DNA of 63,443 bases, the filler included. It is 8 parts of 8 records of this genome, joined end to end, with 100 filler letters (N's around TTAATTAATTAA, not from the genome) between each part and the next. Parts side by side here need not be neighbours in the genome. Positions count along the whole stretch, not along the records: positions 28,242 to 34,972 come from SRR31147125_24644; positions 35,073 to 45,003 come from SRR31147125_24674; 6 more parts are not named here. One strand, given 5' to 3'. Positions 32,491 to 42,735 of this stretch are shown here, piece by piece; the stretch's first letter is position 1; every line of letters starts with the position of its first letter. A program made the translations under genes and the position numbers. The notes under the pieces were generated by a model that saw only the letters and a list, made by a program, of their open reading frames with translations, searched no databases and was not told where the DNA came from.

Positions 32491-32556
32491 AAATTATTAA
32501 ATATTAAGTTTAACTTTATCGGCTTTATTTATTCGATAAAGTATGGGTGATAACAA

Positions 32557-34911
32557 ATGAAATATCAAAATAATGAATATAAGCTGCTTTGTCAGTGTGT
32601 TAGCAAAAATATAATGCGCTGTACTATTACAAAAGCAGATGAAATAAAAAATAAGTCATTGATAATCCAAGAAAAAATCTTTGATTGTCTTTATGACAGT
32701 AATGATGATTGTAGTATAAAAACTAGTGTTGAAGATGGAAGAATAGTATTTACTCAAAATAGTGATGTATTACTAAACGTCAAATCTTACGTGCTTTCGA
32801 AAATAGATGTTATAAAGCATTCAACACTTGACGAAGAACCGATAGTAGAAGTGGTCAAAACGGTTGATGGAGAAAGATCGCATATAAAAAACTTAAAACC
32901 CTATAAAGCGCGGAGTGCTTATATGGGTAAGATAGAGCTCGACTTAACAGAGGATACAGGTGTTTTTGGACTTGGTCATGGTGAAGATGGAGCATATAAC
33001 AGACGTGGAACAAAGTATTATATGTATCAGCACAACATGCGTATTCCTATGCCTTTAATGATGACTGACAAAGGATATGGAGTTTTATTCGACTGCACTT
33101 CGTTGATGGTTTTTGAAGATACAAAGGATATAACTGAAATATCTTTTGATACAGTTGATCAAATTGATTTTTATGTAATTGCTGGTGATATGGATGAGAT
33201 AATTTCATCATTTAGATATTTGACAGGAAAAGCAGAAATGCTCCCTAAATGGGCTTTTGGGTATATTCAATCACAGGAAAGATATCATAACCAATATGAA
33301 ATGGTTGATACAGTAAAAAAATACAGAGAAATTGGTGTTCCGATTGACTGTATTGTACAGGACTGGAAAACATGGTATGGCGATCAATGGGGTCAAAAGA
33401 CAGTTGATAAGGATAGATTTCCAGATATAACAAAAATGAATCAGCAACTGCATGATATGAATGTGCATAGCATGGTTTCAATTTGGCCCAATATGGCTGC
33501 GGACTGCCCTAACCATATCGAACTAGCAAAATCAGGACATTTGCTTGGAGATTATTCTACATACAATGCTTTTGATGAAGATGCAAGAACTATGTATTGG
33601 AATCAGGCAGAAAAAGAGTTGTTTAACGGTGGCTTTGATTCTTGGTGGTGTGATTCTACAGAACCTTTTACTGCGCCAGATTGGTGTGGTGAAAACAAGC
33701 TTAGTGAGCAAAAAAGATTTGAGATTGTTGGAGATGAGCACAAAAAGTTTTTAGACCCAGCAGAGGCGAATTTTTATGCTGTAGTCCATGCAAAAGGAAT
33801 ATATGAAAATCAACGCAACAGCGAAGAAAATAAAAGAGTATTAAACTTAACCCGCTCAGGGTATGCAGGCATACAAAAATACGGTACCGTACTTTGGGCT
33901 GGTGATGCATCTGCTAAATGGAGTGAGTTGAAAGCCGAAATAGCAAAAGGGCTTAATATGAGCATGAGTGGTATTCCGTTTTGGACAGTTGATATTGGTG
34001 CTTTTTTTGTGGGAGGATTAGCGTGTTGGCGCAAATTCTGCGGAAACGAACAAGCTAAACCAGTTTGGTTTTGGGATGGCGACTACGATGATGGCAATAA
34101 AGATCCAGCATATAGAGAGCTATATACGAGATGGCTTCAGTTTGGTGCGTTTTTACCAATCTTCCGTTCGCACGGAACTGATACCCAAAGGGAAATCTGG
34201 AATTTTGGTGAAAAAGGTGAGATGTTTTATGATTCGATAGAAAAGTTTATCAACTTAAGATATCAATTAATGCCTTATATATACTCTATAGCAACAAAAG
34301 TGCTTTGGAACAATGGCACAATAATGCGAAGCCTGCTTTTTGATTTTTCTTACGATAAAAAGGTTAAAGAAATTGATGATCAATATATGTTTGGTGATGC
34401 ACTTATGGTGTGCCCTGTTATAAAGCCGATGTATTATGATTGTAGCGGACAAATCGATGGGGAAAAAACAAAGACATGTTATCTGCCAAAAGATAATGGT
34501 TGGTATGATTTTTGGACAAATAAATACTATGAGGGCGGTCAACAAATAGCATCTAAGGCTGACATAAGTACAATGCCTCTATTTGTTAAGGCTGGTAGCA
34601 TACTCGTTATGCAAAAACCAGTACAGCATGTGTTTGAAAAATCGGATTGTTTGGATGTTGCAATTTTTAAAGGTAGAGACGCAGTTTTTGATTATTACAA
34701 CGACGATGGAATAAGCTTTGACTTTAAAAAAGGGAATTTTGAACATATCATGTTTAAATGGTGCGAACAAGAGATGAACCTATATATAAGTGAAGTGAAT
34801 AAATATAGAAAAGACCCAATAAAGCTACAAGTGAGTTGTGGTGATGATTCGAAAGAAGTTATTTTTAGAGGTGAAGAACTGGTAATATGTTTTAAGCAGG
34901 AGGAAATATGA
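32557..34911 (+). CDS. Glycoside hydrolase family 31 (alpha-xylosidase/glucosidase-like)
   Basis: PKWAFG, IVQDW, WWCDSTEP nucleophile region, WAGD, DIGAF, FRSHG. Confidence 0.92.
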   Translation: MKYQNNEYKLLCQCVSKNIMRCTITKADEIKNKSLIIQEKIFDCLYDSNDDCSIKTSVEDGRIVFTQNSDVLLNVKSYVLSKIDVIKHSTLDEEPIVEVVKTVDGERSHIKNLKPYKARSAYMGKIELDLTEDTGVFGLGHGEDGAYNRRGTKYYMYQHNMRIPMPLMMTDKGYGVLFDCTSLMVFEDTKDITEISFDTVDQIDFYVIAGDMDEIISSFRYLTGKAEMLPKWAFGYIQSQERYHNQYEMVDTVKKYREIGVPIDCIVQDWKTWYGDQWGQKTVDKDRFPDITKMNQQLHDMNVHSMVSIWPNMAADCPNHIELAKSGHLLGDYSTYNAFDEDARTMYWNQAEKELFNGGFDSWWCDSTEPFTAPDWCGENKLSEQKRFEIVGDEHKKFLDPAEANFYAVVHAKGIYENQRNSEENKRVLNLTRSGYAGIQKYGTVLWAGDASAKWSELKAEIAKGLNMSMSGIPFWTVDIGAFFVGGLACWRKFCGNEQAKPVWFWDGDYDDGNKDPAYRELYTRWLQFGAFLPIFRSHGTDTQREIWNFGEKGEMFYDSIEKFINLRYQLMPYIYSIATKVLWNNGTIMRSLLFDFSYDKKVKEIDDQYMFGDALMVCPVIKPMYYDCSGQIDGEKTKTCYLPKDNGWYDFWTNKYYEGGQQIASKADISTMPLFVKAGSILVMQKPVQHVFEKSDCLDVAIFKGRDAVFDYYNDDGISFDFKKGNFEHIMFKWCEQEMNLYISEVNKYRKDPIKLQVSCGDDSKEVIFRGEELVICFKQEEI

Positions 34912-34972
34912 GATACAAAAAAGATTGGGATAAAGCCCAAAAAAAATGGGAGCAGTACTGGAAAAGAGAAAA

Positions 34973-35072
34973 NNNNNNNNNNNNNNNNNNNNNNNNNNNN
35001 NNNNNNNNNNNNNNNNTTAATTAATTAANNNNNNNNNNNNNNNNNNNNNNNNNNNNNNNNNNNNNNNNNNNN
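34973..35072. other. Artificial contig linker
   Basis: N44-TTAATTAATTAA-N44. Confidence 0.99.
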
Positions 35073-35225
35073 CAACCTAAGGAGGGGCAGGTTACTGACA
35101 AACATAGTTTGCATACGGACTACCAGCCGGATCGTGTTTTTATCTAATGCTTTGGTAAGATTATAACATAATATTATCTATTATTAAACTTTGCTAAAAA
35201 AATTTCTATATTTTTCTTGTAGTCC

Positions 35226-35269
35226 TTGCAATGGTATGAAATATATAGTATAATGGTGTAAAATTACAC
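35226..35269 (+). promoter_or_regulatory. SigA promoter plus palindromic operator
   Basis: TTGCAA-17 nt-TATAAT, then GTGTAA-aa-TTACAC, upstream of an XRE regulator. Confidence 0.7.
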
Positions 35270-35307
35270 ATATAAATAAATAGTACACTATAATGGAGTT
35301 GTGAAGA

Positions 35308-35773
35308 ATGATAAGGCAAGATTTAATAAAAACCGTTTCTGAAAATATAAAAGTATTAAGGGCTGAATATGACTATTCTCAGCAGGTCATGGCAAATGCA
35401 ATAGGTCTATCCAAAAAGACGTTGATACAGGTAGAAAAGGGCAGACTTGTTTTAGGATGGACGGCAACTTGCGCAACCTGCGCTATATTCAAAAACAGCA
35501 AATTATTGAGGATGACTTTAGGGGAGACCCAACAGCTTTGGTTGAAACATTGGCTATAAATACTGTTATGTACAAAACGATGTGGAAAGTAAAAGCTATT
35601 TATTCTGGGATACTGTTGAGGATAATGGTGAATATTCCATACAAAAAAATATTATAAGCGAACACTACAAAGTTGCTGACAAAAATGGCAGAAGACTGTT
35701 TAGTTCATTTGACCTTGATAAGGTAAGTGCTGTTTATAATGAATACATTGGAAAGAGAGATTTAGAGGACTGA
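35308..35773 (+). CDS. XRE-family HTH regulator (frameshifted)
   Basis: LRAEYDYSQ...GLSKKTLIQVEKGR; continues as GDPTALVE.../FWDTVE...QKNIISEHYK in other frames. Confidence 0.75.
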
Positions 35774-35810
35774 AATCAACTTGAGTGATAGTAAATAATA
35801 AAAGGAGAAA

Positions 35811-36188
35811 TTGAAAATGACTAATTCAGAAAAAGCACAAAAGACAATCTCTGTTATCAGATGGATAACTAGAGTAATAGGAATATTAATAGCTTTGCTA
35901 TTTATAGTTTTCTTTGTAGGCGAAGCTGACTTTTCGCAACCTGTAAAGCTGACAACAGCTGAGATATTTATGGTTGTATGTGTACCAATCTTGTTACTGG
36001 CGGGTATTTTTGTAGCATGGAAAAGAGAAATAATGGGCGGGATAATAATAATATCTTCAATTTTATTATTTAATATAGTTTCTATGATTGCAGAAGGATT
36101 TACTTTCGAGCTAGAGTTTGGGTTATTCTTATTTATTGGATTACTAAATATCATATGCGGTGTGGCGAATAGACGACTAGAAAAATAG
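35811..36188 (+). CDS. Small 4-TM membrane protein
   Basis: AAGGAG RBS; four hydrophobic segments; AWKREIMGG. Confidence 0.75.
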   Translation: MKMTNSEKAQKTISVIRWITRVIGILIALLFIVFFVGEADFSQPVKLTTAEIFMVVCVPILLLAGIFVAWKREIMGGIIIISSILLFNIVSMIAEGFTFELEFGLFLFIGLLNIICGVANRRLEK

Positions 36189-36209
36189 AAAATACTATAA
36201 TATTTTGTA

Positions 36210-36237
36210 TAAAACTCTCTGCACAAGAGAGTTTTTT
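36210..36237 (+). terminator. Rho-independent terminator
   Basis: AAACTCTCT-gcaca-AGAGAGTTTTTT. Confidence 0.75.
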
Positions 36238-36265
36238 GTTTAAGTAGAATTATACTACAATTCAC

Positions 36266-36294
36266 TTGACGGTATATACTGTCAGTTGTATAAT
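36266..36294 (+). promoter_or_regulatory. SigA promoter with TetR-type operator
   Basis: TTGACG-17 nt-TATAAT; near-palindrome TGACGGTATATACTGTCA over the -35 and spacer. Confidence 0.8.
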
Positions 36295-36311
36295 AGTATA
36301 AAAGGAGCATT

Positions 36312-36874
36312 ATGAAATACAACGATAAAAATATAGAGCAAAAAGTTCTACAGAATGTTTCTGAGCTGTTATTTGATAAGGGAGTAAAGGGCTGGAACAT
36401 GGATCAGCTATCCTTAAAATCTGGCTTAGCTAAAAATACGTTGTATAGAATAATAGGTTCTAAAGAGGATGTTATTTTAAAAGTTGTGATCAACCATATT
36501 AAAAATACACAGTTGAAATTAACTAAGATAATGGAAACGGAAAATGACTACATGATAGCATTAGGTGAAATAATTAACCAATTTCCAAAGCTAATGAATC
36601 CCATGTATTCTAAATATATTCAACAAATTTTTAATGAATATCCTGCTATTGAATCTACAGTTAGAGAGAAGAGAAATGAGCTAACACAAAGTCTAATTAC
36701 ATTTATTAAAAAGGGTGTTGAACAAAAAAATTAAGGCAGGACATCAATCCTGAGTTTTTGGTTGAGCTTTTGCAGTCGGTGGTTATAAGCTATATAAGAT
36801 TAGGGTACAGGGGAAGTGAAATGACATCAAAATTATCACAAGCATTTGAGTATATTGTAAATGGAATTAAGTGA
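36312..36874 (+). CDS. TetR/AcrR family regulator (frameshift in A run near 36725)
   Basis: GVKGWNMDQLSLKSGLAKNTLYR HTH; tail LRQDINPE...VNGIK in shifted frame. Confidence 0.85.
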
Positions 36875-36944
36875 GATATTTTTTTAAACAAACTTATACT
36901 GGTGAAGATAAATTAGTATAAAAACATGGAATGGAGGTTGTATT

Positions 36945-37401
36945 ATGAACACAAATCCTATAGTCGGGTTTATAAGAACAATATATCTTTTTATTTGTGG
37001 CAGAGTGAAATATTATCCACAAGATATTGGCAAAGAATTTGAGATGAAAGATGGAATAACGTTTACGGTTTTTAGACATGTAAAGATTAAACCAAGTAAA
37101 AATCAAAAGCTTCACCCAGAAGCGGTCTTTAAAATAAGATTTAAACCTGCGAATATGGGTATTGAGAAAAAATATAAAATTCTCACGATTACCTATGATG
37201 ATATTTATGGGGTTTAAGGGCTTTAGATCAAAGTATTGGATGGTTGACTATGAAACAGGTATGTGTCAGGGAATATACCAATGGCAGACATACGAGGATG
37301 CATTAAACTATTCAAAATCTATAGCAGTTAGGTTTATGACAAAAAGATCAGTTGAAGGCTCAGTGAACTTTGAGGTAATAAAGCAGGGTAGGGAAGAATG
37401 A
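36945..37401 (+). CDS. YdhR-like putative mono-oxygenase (frameshift near 37170)
   Basis: GFKGFRSKYWMVD...GIYQWQT; ORFs 36945-37217 and 37162-37401 join at an A run. Confidence 0.65.
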
Positions 37402-38243
37402 AGATTAAAGAAATAGTTATAGTTTATTTTTCTGCTACTGGTAATACATTATTTGCAGCAAAAGAGATACAGAAGCATCTTCAAAGTGCAAAGTACAGTG
37501 CGAAACTTGTAAGTGCAGAAGACATACACATTATTGAACAAATAGATTTTAGTGACAAGATGCTTGGAATAGGTTTCCCGTGCTATGCATTTGATTACCC
37601 ACATGAAGTTATGGATAAGGCGTTGAAGGCTATAAAAACTCCTGTTGGGAAAGTACCAGCTTTTATCTTTTCTACTTACTGTATAGGGGATGGCTTAAGC
37701 AAAAAGAACATGCTAAAAGCACTTAGTGCTAAAAACTTTACAACAGTTTTATCTGGAGGATTTAAATGTCCATCCTCAGGATTTTACACATTAAAAAGTG
37801 GCAAAGAAAAAGGAATAAGAAAATTATTAGTAAATAGGGTTACGACGTATGATAAGGACATTAAAAGCAGAATACAAAGGTTTTCAAATAAGATAATTAA
37901 TGCATCAAAAAAAGATAGGCTAAAGAAAGTAAGGATGATAAAGCCAAATATCATCAGTCTTTTACCTATGGCTTTTGCTAAATGGAACGAAAAAAGAATA
38001 TTTACAGGGTTTAGTATTGATAATGAAAAATGTTCAATGTGCAAAACATGCTTAAAGAACTGTCCAGTAAATAACTTTGAAATAGCAGATGAGAAAATTT
38101 TATTTGTAAACAACGAAGACTGTTTGCGCTGTACGAGGTGCATAAATAGCTGCCCAAAAGATGCAATATCATTAGGTAAAGCGACAATAGGTAAATTAAG
38201 ATACAATAAGAAAACTAGAGAGAGATTACTTAATAAAAAATAA
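37398..38243 (+). CDS. EFR1-family flavodoxin-ferredoxin fusion
   Basis: YFSATGNT plus two CxxCxxCxxxCP motifs. Confidence 0.88.
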   Translation: MKIKEIVIVYFSATGNTLFAAKEIQKHLQSAKYSAKLVSAEDIHIIEQIDFSDKMLGIGFPCYAFDYPHEVMDKALKAIKTPVGKVPAFIFSTYCIGDGLSKKNMLKALSAKNFTTVLSGGFKCPSSGFYTLKSGKEKGIRKLLVNRVTTYDKDIKSRIQRFSNKIINASKKDRLKKVRMIKPNIISLLPMAFAKWNEKRIFTGFSIDNEKCSMCKTCLKNCPVNNFEIADEKILFVNNEDCLRCTRCINSCPKDAISLGKATIGKLRYNKKTRERLLNKK

Positions 38244-38288
38244 TAAGTAGATTAGAACTGTAAAGAGTATTTATAAGATATTTGTATT

Positions 38289-38315
38289 GGAGATGCCATC
38301 AAAGGCATCTCCTTT
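38289..38315 (+). terminator. Terminator-like hairpin
   Basis: GGAGATGCC-atcaaa-GGCATCTCC-TTT. Confidence 0.65.
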
Positions 38316-38394
38316 AAAAAATAATAAAAAAATAAGATTTTGCTATTAGTTATTTTATAATTTTTATGCTATATTCATAATTGAAGACAATGAG

Positions 38395-39096
38395 GTGCAG
38401 TATATGAATAGAAATGCAATGAAAATTTTAATAGTTGATGATGATAAAGATATAAGGCAGATGCTTAGTATCTTGCTTTCCAATGATGGCTACGAAAGTA
38501 TTCAAGCAGAAAACGGACAACATGCACTTGAAGTGTTTAATGATAGTGTAGATTTAGTGCTTTTGGATGTTATGATGCCCATAATGGATGGTGTAAGTAC
38601 CTGCATCAAATTAAGAGAAAAAAGCAATGTTCCAATAATATTTCTAACGGCAAAAGATACAGATATGGATCAGATAACAGGGCTTGGAGCAGGTGCTGAT
38701 GATTACGTATCAAAACCATTTTCTCCGCCTGTTTTGTCTGCGCGGATACGTACATTGCTAAGAAGAAGTAATTCTTATGCTGAAAATGATAAGCAAAACA
38801 TAATAAAGATAAGAAAGTTAATAATAAATGTATCTGAACACAAGGTGACTATTGACGATAAAAAACTAAAGCTGACACCTACAGAATTTGATATATTATA
38901 TTTACTTATGAAAAACAAAGGCAGAGTTTATAGCATTGAGCAGATATACAATATTATCTGGGATGAGCCTTATTTAAAGTCCTCATCAAATACGGTAATG
39001 GTACACATACGAAAACTAAGGGAAAAGATAGAAAAAGACACAGGGAATCCGGAATATTTAAAAACGGAATGGGGTGTTGGATATAAAATTGATTAA
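38395..39096 (+). CDS. OmpR-family response regulator
   Basis: VDDD, LLDVMMP, GADDYVSKPF, VHIRKLREK, WGVGYK; real start is probably a downstream ATG. Confidence 0.95.
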   Translation: MQYMNRNAMKILIVDDDKDIRQMLSILLSNDGYESIQAENGQHALEVFNDSVDLVLLDVMMPIMDGVSTCIKLREKSNVPIIFLTAKDTDMDQITGLGAGADDYVSKPFSPPVLSARIRTLLRRSNSYAENDKQNIIKIRKLIINVSEHKVTIDDKKLKLTPTEFDILYLLMKNKGRVYSIEQIYNIIWDEPYLKSSSNTVMVHIRKLREKIEKDTGNPEYLKTEWGVGYKID

Positions 39097-40402
39097 AAGA
39101 AAAAAGATGGGATTCCATCGCCTTAGAAGCCAGATAATAAGGAAACTACTACTTTCATCTTTAATAGCTTTAATAATAAGAATAATTGGTTCAATGTTAA
39201 TTTTTGCATTTACTAGTAATACCTTAGAAATAATGGAGTTTACGGATTATGTAGCAGAAAATTTGCATAAGGAAGTTGATAATATTAACGAAGTAAAGAA
39301 CTGGTCAGGGTGGAATAGCATTAATTCTGAGTGGAATATTATTGTATTTGATAGTCAGGATAATATAGTTTACACTACTAAAGAAACTGATAATATAATT
39401 CTATATGATTTGATTTTAATTAATACAAGGATTAAAAAGTTAGAAGCTCGTTTAGCAATTAATTATCAACCTAGTGAAATGACAAAGTTTTATTTTAGTA
39501 TACTATCAATAGTAGATTGGTTTTTACTCTTTATAATATTTGCTCTACTATTTAGAAAAATTGAAAAATACACTTATGAAATTTCTGATGGTATCAGCAT
39601 ATTAGCTGGCGGTGAAATAAACCACAAGATACCAATAAAAGATAAAAGTGAACTTGCTATGATAGCCATGAATATAAACAGAATGGCAGAAGCCTTGCAT
39701 AATCGAATGGAGGAAAAGAAAAGAAGTGATAAAGAGCGAGATGATTTAATAACTAATCTTGCCCATGATATAAGGACACCAATAACAATATTGGAAGGCT
39801 ATTTATCAATGCTTGTTAATGACAATTCTGTTTCCAAGAAAAAGCAAAAGGAGTATTTGGAAATATCATTAAACAAGTCTCATGAATTATCAAGAAGAGC
39901 TGATAATATTTTTGAATATGTACGCTTGAATAATAAGCGGGAAGAACTTGGTTGTACTTTAATGTATGCAAAATCGTATGTTATTAATCAGTTTGAAGAG
40001 ATGACTATGATTTTGGCTAGAGAAGGATTTAAGTTTGACGTGGATATAGAACTTGACCAAGATTATAATATTAATATTGATAGGGTTATTACCCAAAGGG
40101 TGTTTGATAATTTGCTTTCTAATATTATAAAGTATGCAGATAAAAATCACCCAATTTATCTGAAAGCAAATATACAAGATGAAAATGTAGTTATTTCTAT
40201 AAAGAATAAATCAAAAGAAAAGATAACAATGGAGACTGAAAGGCTATTTGATAGAACAGTATCAGGGGATTTATCCAGAAATGGCAAAAGCGAAGGATTA
40301 GGGCTTTCTATCTGCAAGCTGATAATGGAGATGCAGGGTGGGAAAATTAGTGCAGAAGTATCGGATGACTTTATAGAATTTACATTAAAATTCTTAAAAT
40401 AA
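39074..40402 (+). CDS. HAMP-domain sensor histidine kinase
   Basis: Two TMs, AHDIRTP, NIIKYA, GLGLSI. Confidence 0.92.
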   Translation: MLDIKLIKRKKMGFHRLRSQIIRKLLLSSLIALIIRIIGSMLIFAFTSNTLEIMEFTDYVAENLHKEVDNINEVKNWSGWNSINSEWNIIVFDSQDNIVYTTKETDNIILYDLILINTRIKKLEARLAINYQPSEMTKFYFSILSIVDWFLLFIIFALLFRKIEKYTYEISDGISILAGGEINHKIPIKDKSELAMIAMNINRMAEALHNRMEEKKRSDKERDDLITNLAHDIRTPITILEGYLSMLVNDNSVSKKKQKEYLEISLNKSHELSRRADNIFEYVRLNNKREELGCTLMYAKSYVINQFEEMTMILAREGFKFDVDIELDQDYNINIDRVITQRVFDNLLSNIIKYADKNHPIYLKANIQDENVVISIKNKSKEKITMETERLFDRTVSGDLSRNGKSEGLGLSICKLIMEMQGGKISAEVSDDFIEFTLKFLK

Positions 40403-40495
40403 TAGATGGTTAAATTAAGGAAATAATAAGAAACCTGTGCAAATAATATTAAGATGCACAGGTTATTATATAAACATGATAACATAGGAGGATGA

Positions 40496-42010
40496 ATGAT
40501 GACAAAAAAGAACAAAAAGGGAAGAACCATAGTAATAGTAATTATTATTTTAGCTATAGTTGGATTTTTAGCAATAAGAAACTTGGGCAAACAAGCTGAA
40601 TCATTACTAGTTGGATACACTGTAGAAGAAGTTACAGTACAGGATATGAAAACAACTGTAAGAGGCAGCGGAGTTGTAGAATCACAAGATAAATTAGATG
40701 TATACGCTCCTGCAAGTATTGTAATTGATGAAGTGTATGTGGAAGATGGTGATGAAATAAGCATCGGCGACACTATTGCTAAAATTGACAAAGATGCATA
40801 TTTAGATGCAGAAAAAACGATAGAAGACAGTATTTCACAGATCGATAGTTCAATTAATAGTTTATATTCAAGCAAGGGAAGCTCGGCTATTTATTCAAAT
40901 GTTAAGGGAACAGTAAAAATTGTTAACATTGAAAAGGATGATTCAATTGATGCTGTAATGAGCAAATACGATTCGCTTATAGTTATTTCAGCAGATAACA
41001 ATATGAAGCTGGAATTATTAGTAGAAGATGCAGCTGAATTTGAGGCCGGTGACAAAGTATTTGTAAAGATTGATGATAAAAAAGTAGAGGCAACTATTAC
41101 AGATGTTGATACATTGGAATCTCAATTAAAAATAGTATTTAAAGATAATAAATATGAAGTCGGACAAAATGCAGATGTTTTTGATGCAGAAGACAATAAA
41201 ATAGGCAGCTCAGAAATTATGATTAATGTACCTGTATATATTGAGGGTGATGCAGGGATTGCAAAATATGTTTATGCAAAGGTAAATGGTGCAGTGTCAC
41301 AAGGCACAAAGCTTGTAAGCATAAAAGACAATGGAGCATCAGGTGAATTAATAGATTTAACAGAACAAAAAGAGCAGCTGCAAAACCAGCTTGTAGATTT
41401 AAAACAAGGGCTTGAAGATATTGGATTAGGAAGCGATTATATAATATATGCAAAAAGTGACGGCATAGTAGATAACCTAGTTATTACACCATATATGACT
41501 GTAGCTGAAGGCGTAAAAATGCTAACAGTGCAAAGAACACATCCATTAGAGATGTATGTAGATATTGATGAATTAGACATTTCTAAAGTAAAGATAGGGC
41601 AGACAGTAGAAGTGAAATTCGAAGCTTTATCTGATGAAAAATATGAAGGTGAAGTTACAAAGATTAATTCTCTTGGGCAATCTGTAAATGGAGTAACAAA
41701 CTATACAATTATTGTTACAATTAATGATACTGGCAATATACTAATCGGAATGAGCGGAAATATTAAAATTCAAACAGAGGAAAAGAAAAATGCAATTACA
41801 GTACCAATAGAAGCTGTACAACTGATTGACGATGAATATTATGTAATTCTAGGTGAAGATGCAAATGTAAAAACTGTTGCTGACCATAAAATTACAACAG
41901 GCTTAAATGACGGAGCTTACATCGAAGTAGTGGAAGGCCTAAATGAAGGTGATACAATAGCTGTACCCGTTGAGGAAGGATTAACATTCGCAATGGGGAC
42001 TAACAGATAG
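40496..42010 (+). CDS. Efflux membrane-fusion protein (MacA/HlyD-like)
   Basis: N-terminal TM, IDELDISKVKIGQ, VPIEAV, IEVVEGLNEGD. Confidence 0.88.
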   Translation: MMTKKNKKGRTIVIVIIILAIVGFLAIRNLGKQAESLLVGYTVEEVTVQDMKTTVRGSGVVESQDKLDVYAPASIVIDEVYVEDGDEISIGDTIAKIDKDAYLDAEKTIEDSISQIDSSINSLYSSKGSSAIYSNVKGTVKIVNIEKDDSIDAVMSKYDSLIVISADNNMKLELLVEDAAEFEAGDKVFVKIDDKKVEATITDVDTLESQLKIVFKDNKYEVGQNADVFDAEDNKIGSSEIMINVPVYIEGDAGIAKYVYAKVNGAVSQGTKLVSIKDNGASGELIDLTEQKEQLQNQLVDLKQGLEDIGLGSDYIIYAKSDGIVDNLVITPYMTVAEGVKMLTVQRTHPLEMYVDIDELDISKVKIGQTVEVKFEALSDEKYEGEVTKINSLGQSVNGVTNYTIIVTINDTGNILIGMSGNIKIQTEEKKNAITVPIEAVQLIDDEYYVILGEDANVKTVADHKITTGLNDGAYIEVVEGLNEGDTIAVPVEEGLTFAMGTNR

Positions 42011-42046
42011 TATTTGTGTAATTTACAGATAGAAACGAGGAAATTA

Positions 42047-42735
42047 ATGATTAATCTAAAAAATATAAAAAAGACATATGTAATGGGTGATAATGTAGTC
42101 CATGCACTAAATGATGTGTCTGTAAGTATTAAAAAAGATGAATTCGTATCTATAGTAGGCCTTCAGGAAGCGGAAAGTCCACCTTAATGAATATTATCGG
42201 CTGTTTGGATATGGCTGATGAAGGTGTGTATGAGTTTGAAGGGCAAAACATTACGGCCTATACAGAAAATCAGTTAAGTACATTAAGGAACGAAAAGATA
42301 GGATTTATATTTCAGCAGTTTAATCTGCTGATGAAACTTACGGCATATGAAAATGTAGAACTGCCATTAATATACCAAGGCTTATCTGCATCAAAGAGAG
42401 ATAAGCAGGTAATAAGTGCTCTAGAGCATGTAAACTTGGTAGATAGAATGGATCACAGACCAAATGAACTATCTGGCGGACAGCAGCAGCGTGTTGCAAT
42501 AGCTAGGGCATTGGCTACAAATCCGTCATTAATATTGGCAGACGAACCAACAGGTAATTTAGATAGCCATACAGGTCATGAAATAATGGAGCTTCTAAAG
42601 GATTTGCACAGGCAAGGCAATGCTATTATCCTTATTACCCATGATAATGATGTTGCAAAGCAGGCAGAAAGACGAATTCACATTATTGATGGAATGATAG
42701 ACAGTGACAGTGGAAGGGAGGGAGCCTTAGTATGA
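42047..42735 (+). CDS. ABC ATP-binding protein (MacB/LolD-like; frameshift in Walker A)
   Basis: [11 protein letters not shown]... from 42047; G(P)SGSGKS broken near 42160; [18 protein letters not shown]. Confidence 0.92.

Noticed and set aside
34908..34972. Start of a gene after the GH31 (and likewise the ATG at 6543)
   Set aside because: Too little sequence before the linker to assign a product
42150..42190. Programmed ribosomal frameshifting or phase variation in the split genes
   Set aside because: Indels occur across unrelated genes and taxa, here inside a Walker A motif with no slippery site; sequencing error is simpler
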